64,000 nt of DNA from an uncultured Dehalococcoidia bacterium (GTDB lineage: Bacteria; Chloroflexota; Dehalococcoidia; DSTF01; RBG-16-68-14), in the NCBI GenBank assembly GCA_964418365.1, contig CAYQLM010000001.1:24490-88489 (forward strand). Reading direction: 5' to 3'. A model generated the notes under the pieces. It saw only the letters and a program-made list of their open reading frames with translations. It ran no database searches and was not told where the DNA came from. This document shows positions 39,171-48,877 of the stretch, one piece after another (position 1 is the stretch's first letter; each line of letters opens with the position of its first letter). Position numbers and translations under genes: made by a program.

Positions 39171-40397
39171 TTGTCTTCGTTTGACGAATACCCCCTCCGC
39201 CCGTCGAGCTTTCAGGCTCTCGAGCGCCAAGACATCGATACCCCAACGTCCATCCAGCTAAGGGCCATCCCTGTCCTTCTCGAGGGCAAGGACCTCATCG
39301 CCCAGGCGCAGACAGGCTCTGGGAAGACCCTGGCGTTCGGGCTGCCGCTGCTGGAAGGCTGTGACCCGGGCGTTGACCATGTGCAAGCGCTCGTCCTGAC
39401 GCCCACCAGGGAGCTCGCGCGACAGGTAGGGTCTGTGCTGCAAGATCTTGCTCGTGACTCCGGCCTCCGCGTCCTCCTCCTGTATGGCGGCGCGTCCTTG
39501 GTCAATCAGGAGAAGGCGCTCAAGGGTCGCACGCACATCGTCGTAGGGACGCCGGGGCGGGTGCTCGATCACCTGACGCGCCGCACGCTGAAGCTCGGTC
39601 ACGTGCGGCTGCTCGTGCTCGACGAGGCCGATGAAATGCTCGACAGGGGCTTCGCGCCGGACGTCGAGCGGATCATCTCGCAGACGCCGAGCGCCAGGCA
39701 GACCGCCCTCTTCTCGGCCACCACGCCCGGCTGGGTGCACGACATCTCCGCGAAGTACCTCAAGACGCCGACCGTCATCACGTCGGACGAAGCAACCGAC
39801 ATGGAGCCCGACATCGAGCACACAGTCGTGGAGGCCTTCAGCGGCGATAAGTTCTCGGTGCTGCTGCGCCTCTTGCGAGAGCCTGTCGACGGCGATGGCA
39901 CAACGCTCGTCTTCGGCCGCACGAAACATGGCGTGCGGAAGCTCGGAGATAAGCTCCTCGATGCGGGCTTCAACGTTGCGGTCCTGCAAGGGAACCTCGG
40001 CCAGAACCAGCGCGACCGGGAGATGAAGCGCTTCCGTTCCGGCAGCGCGACGGTGCTGGTCGCGACGAACATCGCCGCCCGTGGGCTCGACGTCCTGCAC
40101 ATCGGCCGCGTGATCAACTATGACCTGCCGGATACGCTCGATTTGTTTACGCATCGGGTAGGCCGGACCGGCAGGATGGGAAGGTCCGGGCAGGCGATCA
40201 CGATTGTCGCCGCCACAGACCTAGCGATGCTGCACGAGATCGAACGCGGCCTCGGCAGGAAGCTTCCCCGGTCCGGCCTGCGCGCCACCAATGGGGGAAC
40301 GCCTTCCCCGACGCCGGCCTCCTCTCCCGCGTTGCCCCAACCATCCCTGTCACGGCGTTGGTCAACGCGAAGACGAAGCTCTAGTCGCAGCCGCTAG
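39171..40397 (+). CDS. DEAD-box ATP-dependent RNA helicase
   Basis: Q motif, AQAQTGSGKT, VLDEADEML, SAT, HRVGRTGRMG; Gly/Pro/Ser-rich C-tail. Proposed TTG start 39171 after a GAAAGGA Shine-Dalgarno; the in-frame ORF extends to 38916. Confidence 0.85.
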   Translation: MSSFDEYPLRPSSFQALERQDIDTPTSIQLRAIPVLLEGKDLIAQAQTGSGKTLAFGLPLLEGCDPGVDHVQALVLTPTRELARQVGSVLQDLARDSGLRVLLLYGGASLVNQEKALKGRTHIVVGTPGRVLDHLTRRTLKLGHVRLLVLDEADEMLDRGFAPDVERIISQTPSARQTALFSATTPGWVHDISAKYLKTPTVITSDEATDMEPDIEHTVVEAFSGDKFSVLLRLLREPVDGDGTTLVFGRTKHGVRKLGDKLLDAGFNVAVLQGNLGQNQRDREMKRFRSGSATVLVATNIAARGLDVLHIGRVINYDLPDTLDLFTHRVGRTGRMGRSGQAITIVAATDLAMLHEIERGLGRKLPRSGLRATNGGTPSPTPASSPALPQPSLSRRWSTRRRSSSRSR

Positions 40398-40547
40398 ACG
40401 ACGACGCACGCCGCGTGCCTGCGCGCAGTCCTGAGAGTACCGCCTGCTGATCTCGACGCTGTCCCGCGAGCGGATCGTGCCGTCCGGTGGCCGCACTCAG
40501 GACTCCGTACTGCTCTAGTGAAGATGAGACACCTGGGCTAGAATGGC

Positions 40548-41882
40548 TTGCTGGAACACAGGAGTCTGCAGTTGACAGATCGCTGGCAGGAGCTGTACCA
40601 CGCGAAGCTGAAGTCGCCGGACGAGGCCGTCGCGCTCATCCCCGACGGCGCGAGCATCGTCCAGCCGATCATTGCCGGCGAGCCGCCGGCCCTGCTGGCC
40701 GCCATCGCGAGCGCGGCGCGCCAGGGCCGCTTCTCGAAGCTCACCATGCGCGCGCTCCTGCCGTTCGTCGCCACAAAGGCCACCGTGCTCCAGCCCGACC
40801 TCAAGGAGATCATTCGCTGGGAGTCGCTCTTTCTCGGTGGGGCCGACCGCGACGCCGTGAAGGAAGGGCGCGCCGGCTTCACGCCAAACTACTTCCACCA
40901 GGTACCTCGCCTGCTCTCTGAGTTCATTCCCGTCGATGTCTGCATCGCGACAGTCTCGCCGATGGACAAGCATGGCTACATGAGCCTCGGCGTCGCCGTC
41001 GATTACACGTCCACCGCCGCGCGGGTGGCCAGGGTGCTGTTGCTCGAAGTGAACGAACACATGCCGCGCATTCACGGCCGCTCGTTCATTCACATCGCCG
41101 AAGCGACGGCCGTGGTTGAGAACAACGCGCCGCTGCCCGAGCTGCCGCCGCCGGCGCCCCGGCCGGAGGACGAAGCGATCGGCCGCGCCATCGCCGAGAT
41201 GGTGCCGGACGGTGCCACGGTGCAGCTTGGCATCGGCGGCGTCCCGAACGCTGTCGCGCAGTACCTCCACGATCATCGCGAGCTCGGCATCCACTCTGAA
41301 ATGTTTACGGACAGCATGGTCGATCTGATCGAGGACGGTGTCGCGACGGGCACGCGCAAGACGTTGCATCCGCAGAAGGCCGTCTTTACCTTCGCGGCGG
41401 GATCGCAGCGCACCTATCGCTTTCTCGACGACAATCCGTACTGCGAAGCGCACCCGGTCTCATACACGAACGATCCGGCGACCATCGCGCGCAACAACGA
41501 CCTCATCTCAGTCAACGCCGCGATCGAGGTGGACCTGACCGGGCAGTGCTGTTCTGAATCGATGGGGCCGGTGCAGTTCAGCGGCACCGGCGGGCAGGTG
41601 GATTTCGCTCGCGGCGCGTTCAACTCGCCGGGCGGGAAGAGCTTCATCGCCTTCTATTCGACTGCAAAGTCGGGCGAGGTCTCGCGCGTGGTGCCCACGC
41701 TCACTCCGGGAGCGGCCGTCACGACGCCGCGCCAAGAGGTGCACTACCTCGTCTCAGAGCACGGCGTGGCGCTGCTGAAGGGGAAGTCTGTCCCCGAACG
41801 CGCGCAGGCGATCATCGGGCTGGCGCATCCCAAGTTTCGTGAGTTGCTCACGCACGGAGCGCGCCAGCTCGGCTATCTGTAG
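40548..41882 (+). CDS. Acetyl-CoA hydrolase/CoA-transferase family protein (4-hydroxybutyrate/succinyl-CoA:acetate CoA-transferase-like)
   Basis: About 440 aa with the two-domain family size and a conserved GIGG region (VQLGIGGVPNAV). Alternative TTG start at 40572 after GGAG. Confidence 0.7.
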   Translation: MLEHRSLQLTDRWQELYHAKLKSPDEAVALIPDGASIVQPIIAGEPPALLAAIASAARQGRFSKLTMRALLPFVATKATVLQPDLKEIIRWESLFLGGADRDAVKEGRAGFTPNYFHQVPRLLSEFIPVDVCIATVSPMDKHGYMSLGVAVDYTSTAARVARVLLLEVNEHMPRIHGRSFIHIAEATAVVENNAPLPELPPPAPRPEDEAIGRAIAEMVPDGATVQLGIGGVPNAVAQYLHDHRELGIHSEMFTDSMVDLIEDGVATGTRKTLHPQKAVFTFAAGSQRTYRFLDDNPYCEAHPVSYTNDPATIARNNDLISVNAAIEVDLTGQCCSESMGPVQFSGTGGQVDFARGAFNSPGGKSFIAFYSTAKSGEVSRVVPTLTPGAAVTTPRQEVHYLVSEHGVALLKGKSVPERAQAIIGLAHPKFRELLTHGARQLGYL

Positions 41883-41887
41883 GTAGC

Positions 41888-42766
41888 TTACGCGCCTGCG
41901 GTGATGTCGCGGCGTCGATAGACGTAGAAGCCAAGCGCGACGAAGGCGATCGTATACAGCGCCAGGATGATCGCGGCCTGCGCGACCGAGTTCGACGCCG
42001 CATCGCCCAGCTCGCTGCCCGGACCGACGCGGAGCACCTCGGGCAGGCTGTTCTGCAGCAGGATGACCTGCTTGTTCGCGCTTGGCAGATAGTTCGGGAT
42101 GTGCGCCCAGCGGCCGCCGGCGGCGCGCATCAGACTGCTGATGATCGGCTCGAGAAACGTAAAGCCAAGCCCCGCGCCCACGCCAGACAGCGTTGACCGT
42201 CCGATCACGGCCGCCGCGAATGCAATCGCGACGAACGGGGACAGCACGAACAGCGTGCGCGCGTACGCCGCGCTCTGGTGTCCGACGAACGCGGCGGTCA
42301 AGAAACTGAAGTCGGCCCCGCCGCTGATCGACATGATGATGCTGCTGTAGATCAGCCCTGCCGCTACCGCCAGCAGCGCTCCGACCGCGATCAGCCCGCA
42401 GACAACGGCGAGCTGCGCCCCGAGTAGCCGCAGCCTGCCGCACGCTGCCGTCGCGGTGAGCCGGATCGTTCCCCACGCGTACTCGCTCCCGATCGCTCCC
42501 GCCATGAGGATCACGGCGAAGAGCGTGCCGAAGCTGGAGACAAGCTGCAGCGAAAACGGCACGGACGACTGGAGGAAGAGCGCCTTGCGGAGCTGCGACG
42601 CGGTGAACTGGTGGTGCTCGCCGAATGTCTGCGCGTGGCCGCTGATGCTCCACAGGATCGAGTACAGCAGGACAACGATGCCCACGATCAGGAGAGCGAG
42701 CACCCAGGTCATCATCCGCTTTCGCAGCTTGAAGAACTCCGCCAAGGCGAGCTGCCTCATGTTCAT
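41888..42766 (-). CDS. ABC-2 type exporter permease
   Basis: Internal ATG 42766 (MNMRQLALAEFFKLRKRMMTWVLALLIVG...), 6 TM segments, ATGA overlap with the upstream ATPase gene. ORF extension to 43114 is unlikely. Confidence 0.75.
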   Translation of the reverse strand: MNMRQLALAEFFKLRKRMMTWVLALLIVGIVVLLYSILWSISGHAQTFGEHHQFTASQLRKALFLQSSVPFSLQLVSSFGTLFAVILMAGAIGSEYAWGTIRLTATAACGRLRLLGAQLAVVCGLIAVGALLAVAAGLIYSSIIMSISGGADFSFLTAAFVGHQSAAYARTLFVLSPFVAIAFAAAVIGRSTLSGVGAGLGFTFLEPIISSLMRAAGGRWAHIPNYLPSANKQVILLQNSLPEVLRVGPGSELGDAASNSVAQAAIILALYTIAFVALGFYVYRRRDITAGA

Positions 42767-43686
42767 GCTTCGATCTCCTCGCTGGTGAGCTCCAGGAAGA
42801 GACTCTCCAGCTCGACTTCCCAGCGCGACAGCTCGTTCAGGTAGATCTCCTGCTGTGCCAGCGCCTTGTTCAGCTCGCCGGCCTTCGCGATCGGCGCTGC
42901 TGCCCGCACGTACCCGTCGATGCGCTCCGCGGAGGTCACGAAGGGGATGCCGCCCAGCGCGCGCAACAGCGCGTCGTTGTCGCCTGCCTGCAGACGCAAG
43001 TACTGCCCGCGGCCGAGGAGCTCGCTCACGGTCCCCTGCGCCACCATCCGGCCCTTCTTGACGATCGCGACGCGGTCGCTCACGGCCTGTACCTCGTGCA
43101 GCAGGTGGCTGCACAGAAACACAGCCCTGCCTTGCCGGGCCAGCTCCGGGATCAGCTCGCGTATCTCGCGCGTGCCCGCAGGATCGAGCCCGTTTGTCGG
43201 CTCGTCCAGGATCACGAGCTGCGGGTCACGCAGCAGCGTCGACGCGATGCCGAGCCGCTGCTTCATGCCGAGGGAGTACTCCTTGAACGCATCGCGTCCG
43301 CGCTCGCGCAGGCCCACCAGCTCCAGCATCTCATCGATGCGAGCGCGCGGGACATCGCCGAGCGCGATGGCGAGGCATCTCAGGTTGTCGTAGCCCGAGA
43401 GATACGGATAGAACGCCGGCGTTTCGATCACGGCGCCGATCTGTCGCAGCGCGGGCCAGGGATGCAGTGCCATGTCGCTTCCGAACGCGAGCACGCGACC
43501 CTGTGTCGGGCGCACAAGGCCCAGGATCATCCCGACGGTGGTGCTCTTACCGGAGCCGTTCGGGCCGAGGAAGCTGTAGACCTCGCCGCCGAAGACCTGT
43601 AGATGCATGTCGGCCACGGCCGTAACCGGCCCGTACTGTTTCCACAGCCCCTCGGTGCGAAGGACCTCGCGGCCGTTCGATATCAT
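42763..43686 (-). CDS. ABC transporter ATP-binding protein
   Basis: Start ATG 43686 (MISNGREVLRTEGLWKQYG...). Walker A (GPNGSGKST), signature LSLGMKQRL, Walker B VILDEPT. Confidence 0.88.
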   Translation of the reverse strand: MISNGREVLRTEGLWKQYGPVTAVADMHLQVFGGEVYSFLGPNGSGKSTTVGMILGLVRPTQGRVLAFGSDMALHPWPALRQIGAVIETPAFYPYLSGYDNLRCLAIALGDVPRARIDEMLELVGLRERGRDAFKEYSLGMKQRLGIASTLLRDPQLVILDEPTNGLDPAGTREIRELIPELARQGRAVFLCSHLLHEVQAVSDRVAIVKKGRMVAQGTVSELLGRGQYLRLQAGDNDALLRALGGIPFVTSAERIDGYVRAAAPIAKAGELNKALAQQEIYLNELSRWEVELESLFLELTSEEIEA

Positions 43687-43813
43687 GCGCTCAGGATAGC
43701 TCGTCTCTTCATCGCTGGCCGAGCAGCCTGCTCTCGCACCAGGGAAGCTCGAAGGCCTGTGCGGATGGTTACCGAAGTGTGACGATTGTCTGAGGGGGCG
43801 CAAGAGCACCCGT

Positions 43814-45094
43814 CTACTCGTGGCGCAGCGCCTCGATCGGATCGAGCCGCGACGCGCGCCACGCCGGGTACACTCCCGCCACGAGGCCCGTCGCGGCGGC
43901 TACAGCTAACCCGGCGATGATCCAGAACGGCGTCACCGTGTACGGGTTGTCGCCGCCGATCTGGAAGCGCTGCGCGATCTGTGTCGCGCTGACACCGGCT
44001 ATCACGCCAAGAACGCCGCCAAACGTTGTCACGACGAGTGATTCGACCAAGAACTGCCACAAGATGTCGAGCCGTTTGGCGCCGATCGCCTTGCGGATGC
44101 CGATCTCGCGCGTGCGCTCGGTGACCGACACGAGCATGATGTTCATGATCCCGATCCCGCCCACGACGAGCGAGATCAACGCGATCGACACGACAAGGAC
44201 TTGCAGCGAGCGCTGTACCGCAGTGGCGGTGGCGAGGATGTCGGTCTGCGTCTGGATGCGGAAGTCGTTGTCGTCGACGTTGTGACGCTGTCGGAGAAGC
44301 GCGCTGATGTCCTCCGTCGCCTGGCCCGCCTTCGAGCGGTTCGTGAGCTTGATATTGATCTGCGTCACATTCGTGAAGCCGCGCGGATTGCGGATGAACG
44401 GGATGCGCGCCTGGAACGACGGCAGCGGGACGATCACGACATCGTCCTGGTCTGTGCCGGCAGCGGCACCCTTTCGCTCCATCACGCCGACGATGGTGAA
44501 GTTGAAGCCGATGGCAAAGCTTCCCGGTCCGACGGCAATACGGACCGTCTGCCCGATCGGGTCTTCGGCGTCGAACAGGTCGTCCGCAACCTCCGCGCCG
44601 AGCACCGTGACCAGCGCCTTCTTGGTGAGGTCGTCCTCGCTGATGAACCGCCCGGTTTGGACGTAGAAGTCACGGACGAACTCGTATGATGGCTCCGTGC
44701 CCAGCAGCACCGTGTTCTTGTTCTGTCCCAGGTGGATCACCTGTGTGGTGAGGATGCCCGCGGCCGGCCCGCCGACGCTGGCCTGAGCAGCCACGTCGGC
44801 GACGTACGGGAAGCCGGCATCTTGGATCGCCCGGGCGTCCTCCAGGTAGAGGCTCGCTCCCGAGCCGGGGAGCTGGACGCCGGCCTGCTCGACGGCGCCC
44901 GGCCGGACGAACATCAAGTTGCTGCCCAGCCCTCGGATGCGGTTGCCGACGCCCTTTTGCGCCCCCTGGCTCGCGGCGGTGAGCGTGATGACCGCAGCGA
45001 TGCCGATGACGATGCCGAGCATGGTAAGCAGCGTGCGCAGCAGATTGCTGCGCAGCGCTGAAAGCGCCGTGACGATGACATCGGCCAGTGTCAC
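43814..45094 (-). CDS. MacB/FtsX-like ABC exporter permease
   Basis: 426 aa, N-terminal TM, large periplasmic domain, C-terminal FtsX 3-TM bundle. Confidence 0.82.
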   Translation of the reverse strand: MTLADVIVTALSALRSNLLRTLLTMLGIVIGIAAVITLTAASQGAQKGVGNRIRGLGSNLMFVRPGAVEQAGVQLPGSGASLYLEDARAIQDAGFPYVADVAAQASVGGPAAGILTTQVIHLGQNKNTVLLGTEPSYEFVRDFYVQTGRFISEDDLTKKALVTVLGAEVADDLFDAEDPIGQTVRIAVGPGSFAIGFNFTIVGVMERKGAAAGTDQDDVVIVPLPSFQARIPFIRNPRGFTNVTQINIKLTNRSKAGQATEDISALLRQRHNVDDNDFRIQTQTDILATATAVQRSLQVLVVSIALISLVVGGIGIMNIMLVSVTERTREIGIRKAIGAKRLDILWQFLVESLVVTTFGGVLGVIAGVSATQIAQRFQIGGDNPYTVTPFWIIAGLAVAAATGLVAGVYPAWRASRLDPIEALRHE

Positions 45095-45813
45095 GGCGCG
45101 ACCTGCTCCACAGGTGCGGGCGGCGCCGTTGCGTACGACGGCGTGTTCGGCACGTCGGAGATGATCGCTCCGTCTCGGAGCGAAACGATCCGGCGCGTGT
45201 AGGCCGCCACGTCGCGCTCGTGTGTGACGAAGGCGATGGTGATTCCAAGCTCCTCGTTGAGCTTGCGCAATACGTCCATCACGTCCAGGCTCGTCTTGGA
45301 ATCGAGCGCGCCGGTCGGTTCGTCGGCAAGAATGATCGCCGGCCGGCTGACGAGCGCCCGCGCGATGGCGACGCGCTGTTGCTGGCCGCCGGACAGCTGC
45401 GTGGGCTTGTGATGCGCGCGATTCGAGAGGCCGACGAGGTCGAGCGCGGCCGCGGCGACCTTACGTCTATTGAGCGCTCCGCGATACACGAGAGGCAACG
45501 CGACCTGGTCGATCGCACTGAGACGCGGCAGCAGGTTGAAGGACTGGAAGACGAACCCGAGTCGCCGGTTGCGCAGGATCGCGAGCTGGCTGTCGCCGAG
45601 CTTGTTCACATCGATCCCATCGAGCTCGTACGTGCCGCGCGTTGGCCGGTCCAGGCAGCCGACGATGTTCATGAGCGTCGACTTGCCGGATCCAGACGGC
45701 CCCATGATCGCCAGGAACTCACCTTTGACGACCTCGAGGTCGATGTTGTGCAGCGCGAGGACGCGCTCCGGCCCGACGCGATACTCTTTTGTGACGCCGC
45801 GCAGCCGGATCAT
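45091..45813 (-). CDS. MacB/LolD-type ABC ATP-binding protein
   Basis: Start ATG 45813 (MIRLRGVTKEYRVG...). Walker A (GPSGSGKST), LSGGQQQRVAIARAL, ILADEPTGALD. Confidence 0.9.
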   Translation of the reverse strand: MIRLRGVTKEYRVGPERVLALHNIDLEVVKGEFLAIMGPSGSGKSTLMNIVGCLDRPTRGTYELDGIDVNKLGDSQLAILRNRRLGFVFQSFNLLPRLSAIDQVALPLVYRGALNRRKVAAAALDLVGLSNRAHHKPTQLSGGQQQRVAIARALVSRPAIILADEPTGALDSKTSLDVMDVLRKLNEELGITIAFVTHERDVAAYTRRIVSLRDGAIISDVPNTPSYATAPPAPVEQVAP

Positions 45814-45820
45814 GCGTGCG

Positions 45821-48109
45821 TCATCTGATACCGGACGGCAGCGTCGGCTTTCGATTCGGCTGAGATGCCGAGCCGGAAATGAGAACGGGAACGACGATCG
45901 TATCGCCCTCCTGCAATCCGGACAGGATCTCAACGTTGTTGGTGTCAGAAAATCCCGTCGTGACGACTTGGTCTTCGACGGTACCGTTGCGGCGCACCTC
46001 GACCACCTGATCCGTGCCCTTTCGGCGAATGGCGCGCGGCGGTACGGAGATGACGTTCGGCCGCGATTCGGTGACGATCTGGCCGTTGGCGCTCATGCCT
46101 GGCGCGGGCAGGGGGGTGCCAGCCGGGATGTCCATGGCGGCCGTTACCTGATACGTGACGACTCCCTGGGTCACCGTGGGGCTAAGGCCGAGCTGCGCCA
46201 CCGTGAAGGGGTAAGGTTTTCCTGGAAGGGCATCAAACAGGGCGATGCCGCGTTGATCGAGCTTGACGTTCGGGTAGTCGGTCTCGCCCACCTGCATCTT
46301 GAGCACGATCGTGTCGGGCGTCAGCAGCACGATGGCTGGCGTGGTCGACCCGACGCCGGTGAACTCCCCCGGCTTGAGGTTGAGCGCCGCGACCGTGCCG
46401 TTGAACGGCGAGATGATCTGCGCGTTGCGGACCCGGATCTGCGCGGCTTCTACGGCCAGCTGCGCAACGCGGACCGACTGGGTCTGCCCTTCGATCTGGC
46501 TCGGCCGCGCTCCGCGCGCCGTCTCGGTCTGGTTGGCGATCGCCGAATCGAGGCTGCCTTGCGCGGAGCGCGCCGCATCTTCTGCCGAATTGAGCGTTGA
46601 GTCATTCGGCCCACCGAGCAGGTCGTTGCGTTTCGCCACAGCCGCGTCCAGGGCGGCCTGGGCGGACTGAACCGCTGACTCGGCAGCGGCGACATCGTCC
46701 GCCGTCGGCGGCGCGATGAGGTGATCGCGCTGCGCGACGGCAGCATCGAATACTGCTTGCGCCGAAGTCACAGCGTCCTCCGCGTTGGAGAGTTGGTCGG
46801 CCGTGGGGCCATCGGTCAAGTTATCGAGGTTGACCTGCGCCAGGGCGCGCGCCTGCTCCGCTGCCGTGACAGCCGCCTGCGCCGCAGCCAGGTCGCCCGC
46901 ATCTGGCGCCGCTTGGAGCGCCGCCAGCGCAGCCTGCGCTGAGCTGAGCTGCGCCTGGGCCGTAGTCACCGCGCTCTGGGCGGTGTCCACCGAGTTGAGC
47001 GCCACGACATAGCCCGTATTGGCCTGGATCAGCGTGTTGATCGGCGACAGCAGAGACGGGTCTGTGGCGGGGTTGCTCAGCGCGTCCAAGAGGTCGTCCA
47101 CAGTGCCACTCGGGATCGGAATCACAACCGAAGCGCAGAGCGAATCGCCGGGAGCGGCGGTGCAATACGTGGTGCGCGCGGCTCGCAGCGCCGACTCCGT
47201 CGAGTTGACGTTCGAGTGCGCGTTATCGAGCGCGTTCTGAGCGCTGCTCACCCCCTGCTCCGCCGCGGCGACCGATGCCTGCGCTGCGGAGATCTGAGCT
47301 GACGACGCGCCGTCGTTCAGATTGGCCAGCGCCGCCTGCGCGGACGCCAGGTTCGCGTCCGCCGCGGCGAGCTGCTGCTGCGCCGCAGCGAGCTGGGCGT
47401 CGGTTGGCCCGTCGCGCACCGTGTCGAGCGCGCGCTGCGCGCCGTTCAGCGCAGTCTGCGCCGAGGCCACCACCTGGTTCGCGCTCGCCACCTGCGAGGC
47501 GGTCGCGCCGTCCAACAGCGTTGTGCGGCTGTTTTGAGCCTGGTCAAGGCCCGCTTGAGCAGCGGCGACGGCTTGATCGGCCGCCGTCCTCTCCGGCGAC
47601 GTGGGAGTCCCGAACAGGTCCGACACGTCGCGAGCGGCGCGGTCCTGGTTGGCCTGGGCTGACACCACGGACTGATCGGCTGCGGCGCGCTCCGCGTCGG
47701 TCGCGCCCTCCAGCAGCTCCTTGAGCCGCGCCTGCGCGAGCGCCAGGTTCGCCTGGGCCGACTGGACGCTGTTCGCCAGGTCCTCGGATTCGAGCGCCGC
47801 CAGGACATCGCCCTTGTGGACCGTGTCGCCCACCTTGACTTGAACGGAATCGACGCGACCCGAGGACTGAAAGGAGAGGTCGCTGATGAGTTGAGCGTCC
47901 GCGACGCCGGAGATGAGGAGATTGGCGTTGATCGTCGCGCGGCCAACCTTCAGGTCTTCTGTCGCGCGTGTCTGCTGTGACGAGCCTCGAAAGAAGAAGA
48001 CATACGAGAGGATGCCAACCAGCGCCACCCCGCCGGCGAGTATCGCGAGTGTGAGCAGCCGTCCCCGCCGGTGGCCCTCCGAAATGCCAAGGTCGCGTTC
48101 GAGATCCAT
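45821..48109 (-). CDS. HlyD/MacA-family periplasmic adaptor with a greatly expanded repetitive coiled-coil region (about 760 aa)
   Basis: ATG 48109 after an AAGGGAG Shine-Dalgarno, TM anchor (LLTLAILAGGVALVG). At least 8 repeats of about 33 aa (DGPTDAQLAAAQQQLAAADANLASAQAAL...). C-terminal beta-barrel/MP domains. Confidence 0.75.
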   Translation of the reverse strand: MDLERDLGISEGHRRGRLLTLAILAGGVALVGILSYVFFFRGSSQQTRATEDLKVGRATINANLLISGVADAQLISDLSFQSSGRVDSVQVKVGDTVHKGDVLAALESEDLANSVQSAQANLALAQARLKELLEGATDAERAAADQSVVSAQANQDRAARDVSDLFGTPTSPERTAADQAVAAAQAGLDQAQNSRTTLLDGATASQVASANQVVASAQTALNGAQRALDTVRDGPTDAQLAAAQQQLAAADANLASAQAALANLNDGASSAQISAAQASVAAAEQGVSSAQNALDNAHSNVNSTESALRAARTTYCTAAPGDSLCASVVIPIPSGTVDDLLDALSNPATDPSLLSPINTLIQANTGYVVALNSVDTAQSAVTTAQAQLSSAQAALAALQAAPDAGDLAAAQAAVTAAEQARALAQVNLDNLTDGPTADQLSNAEDAVTSAQAVFDAAVAQRDHLIAPPTADDVAAAESAVQSAQAALDAAVAKRNDLLGGPNDSTLNSAEDAARSAQGSLDSAIANQTETARGARPSQIEGQTQSVRVAQLAVEAAQIRVRNAQIISPFNGTVAALNLKPGEFTGVGSTTPAIVLLTPDTIVLKMQVGETDYPNVKLDQRGIALFDALPGKPYPFTVAQLGLSPTVTQGVVTYQVTAAMDIPAGTPLPAPGMSANGQIVTESRPNVISVPPRAIRRKGTDQVVEVRRNGTVEDQVVTTGFSDTNNVEILSGLQEGDTIVVPVLISGSASQPNRKPTLPSGIR

Positions 48110-48233
48110 AGCTCCCTTTCCGTGGCGGTCTGGTGACAGGTCGTCGGGGGCCGGCGCCATTATGTCACACGGAAGCTGCTGCCACAAATGGGCGGGGGAG
48201 CCCATTGGAAGGGGGCCACGGCTCTTGCGCCGG

Positions 48234-48614
48234 CTACGATTCGACCGGCAGCCCGGCAGCGCGCCAGCCATCGGTGCCACCGTCCAGGCTGGTCACGTTG
48301 TCGAGGCCCGTCTGGCGCAAAAAGGCGGCGCATTTGGCTGAGCGCATGCCGCCCGCGCAGACGACGAGCACCTCGCGGGCCTTCGGGATCTCGGCGAGGC
48401 GCGTCGCCAAGTCCGCCTGTGGAATCGAGATCGCGCCGGGCAGGTGACCCGCGAGATGCTCTTGCGGCTCGCGCACGTCGAGTACGGTTGCGTTGCGCTG
48501 GGCGAGCCACGCCGGCGCTTCGTCGACGCTGATCGTTGGCGCATCCTCGGCGTGGCGCAATTGCGCCCAAGCGTGGTCGGCCGATCCGCGGTTCGTTTCG
48601 AGGATCGCCGTCAT
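48234..48614 (-). CDS. Rhodanese-like single-domain sulfurtransferase
   Basis: Internal ATG 48614 gives a 126-aa protein; the active-site loop reads CAGGMRS. Confidence 0.75.
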   Translation of the reverse strand: MTAILETNRGSADHAWAQLRHAEDAPTISVDEAPAWLAQRNATVLDVREPQEHLAGHLPGAISIPQADLATRLAEIPKAREVLVVCAGGMRSAKCAAFLRQTGLDNVTSLDGGTDGWRAAGLPVES

Positions 48615-48877
48615 GTTCAGCGGGCGGGCGGTCGGCTGTGATTCGAGGCGTAGGAACTCGTCACGGCCAAGCTGCAACACAGGGTTGTACGGGCGCTCGA
48701 AACCGATCGTGCTGCTGGGCCGGCCGGCCGACATCCCCCACGAAGAGGCAGTCGCCGTTGGAAGGCCCTCTCCTTCGCATCGTACGATCCGCCTCGGACG
48801 TTCGATCCTCGTTTGAGCCTGCCAGTTAGGGCCGGTCGGAGACCCGTCGGCAGCCTGATCCCTGCATCGGCTATACA

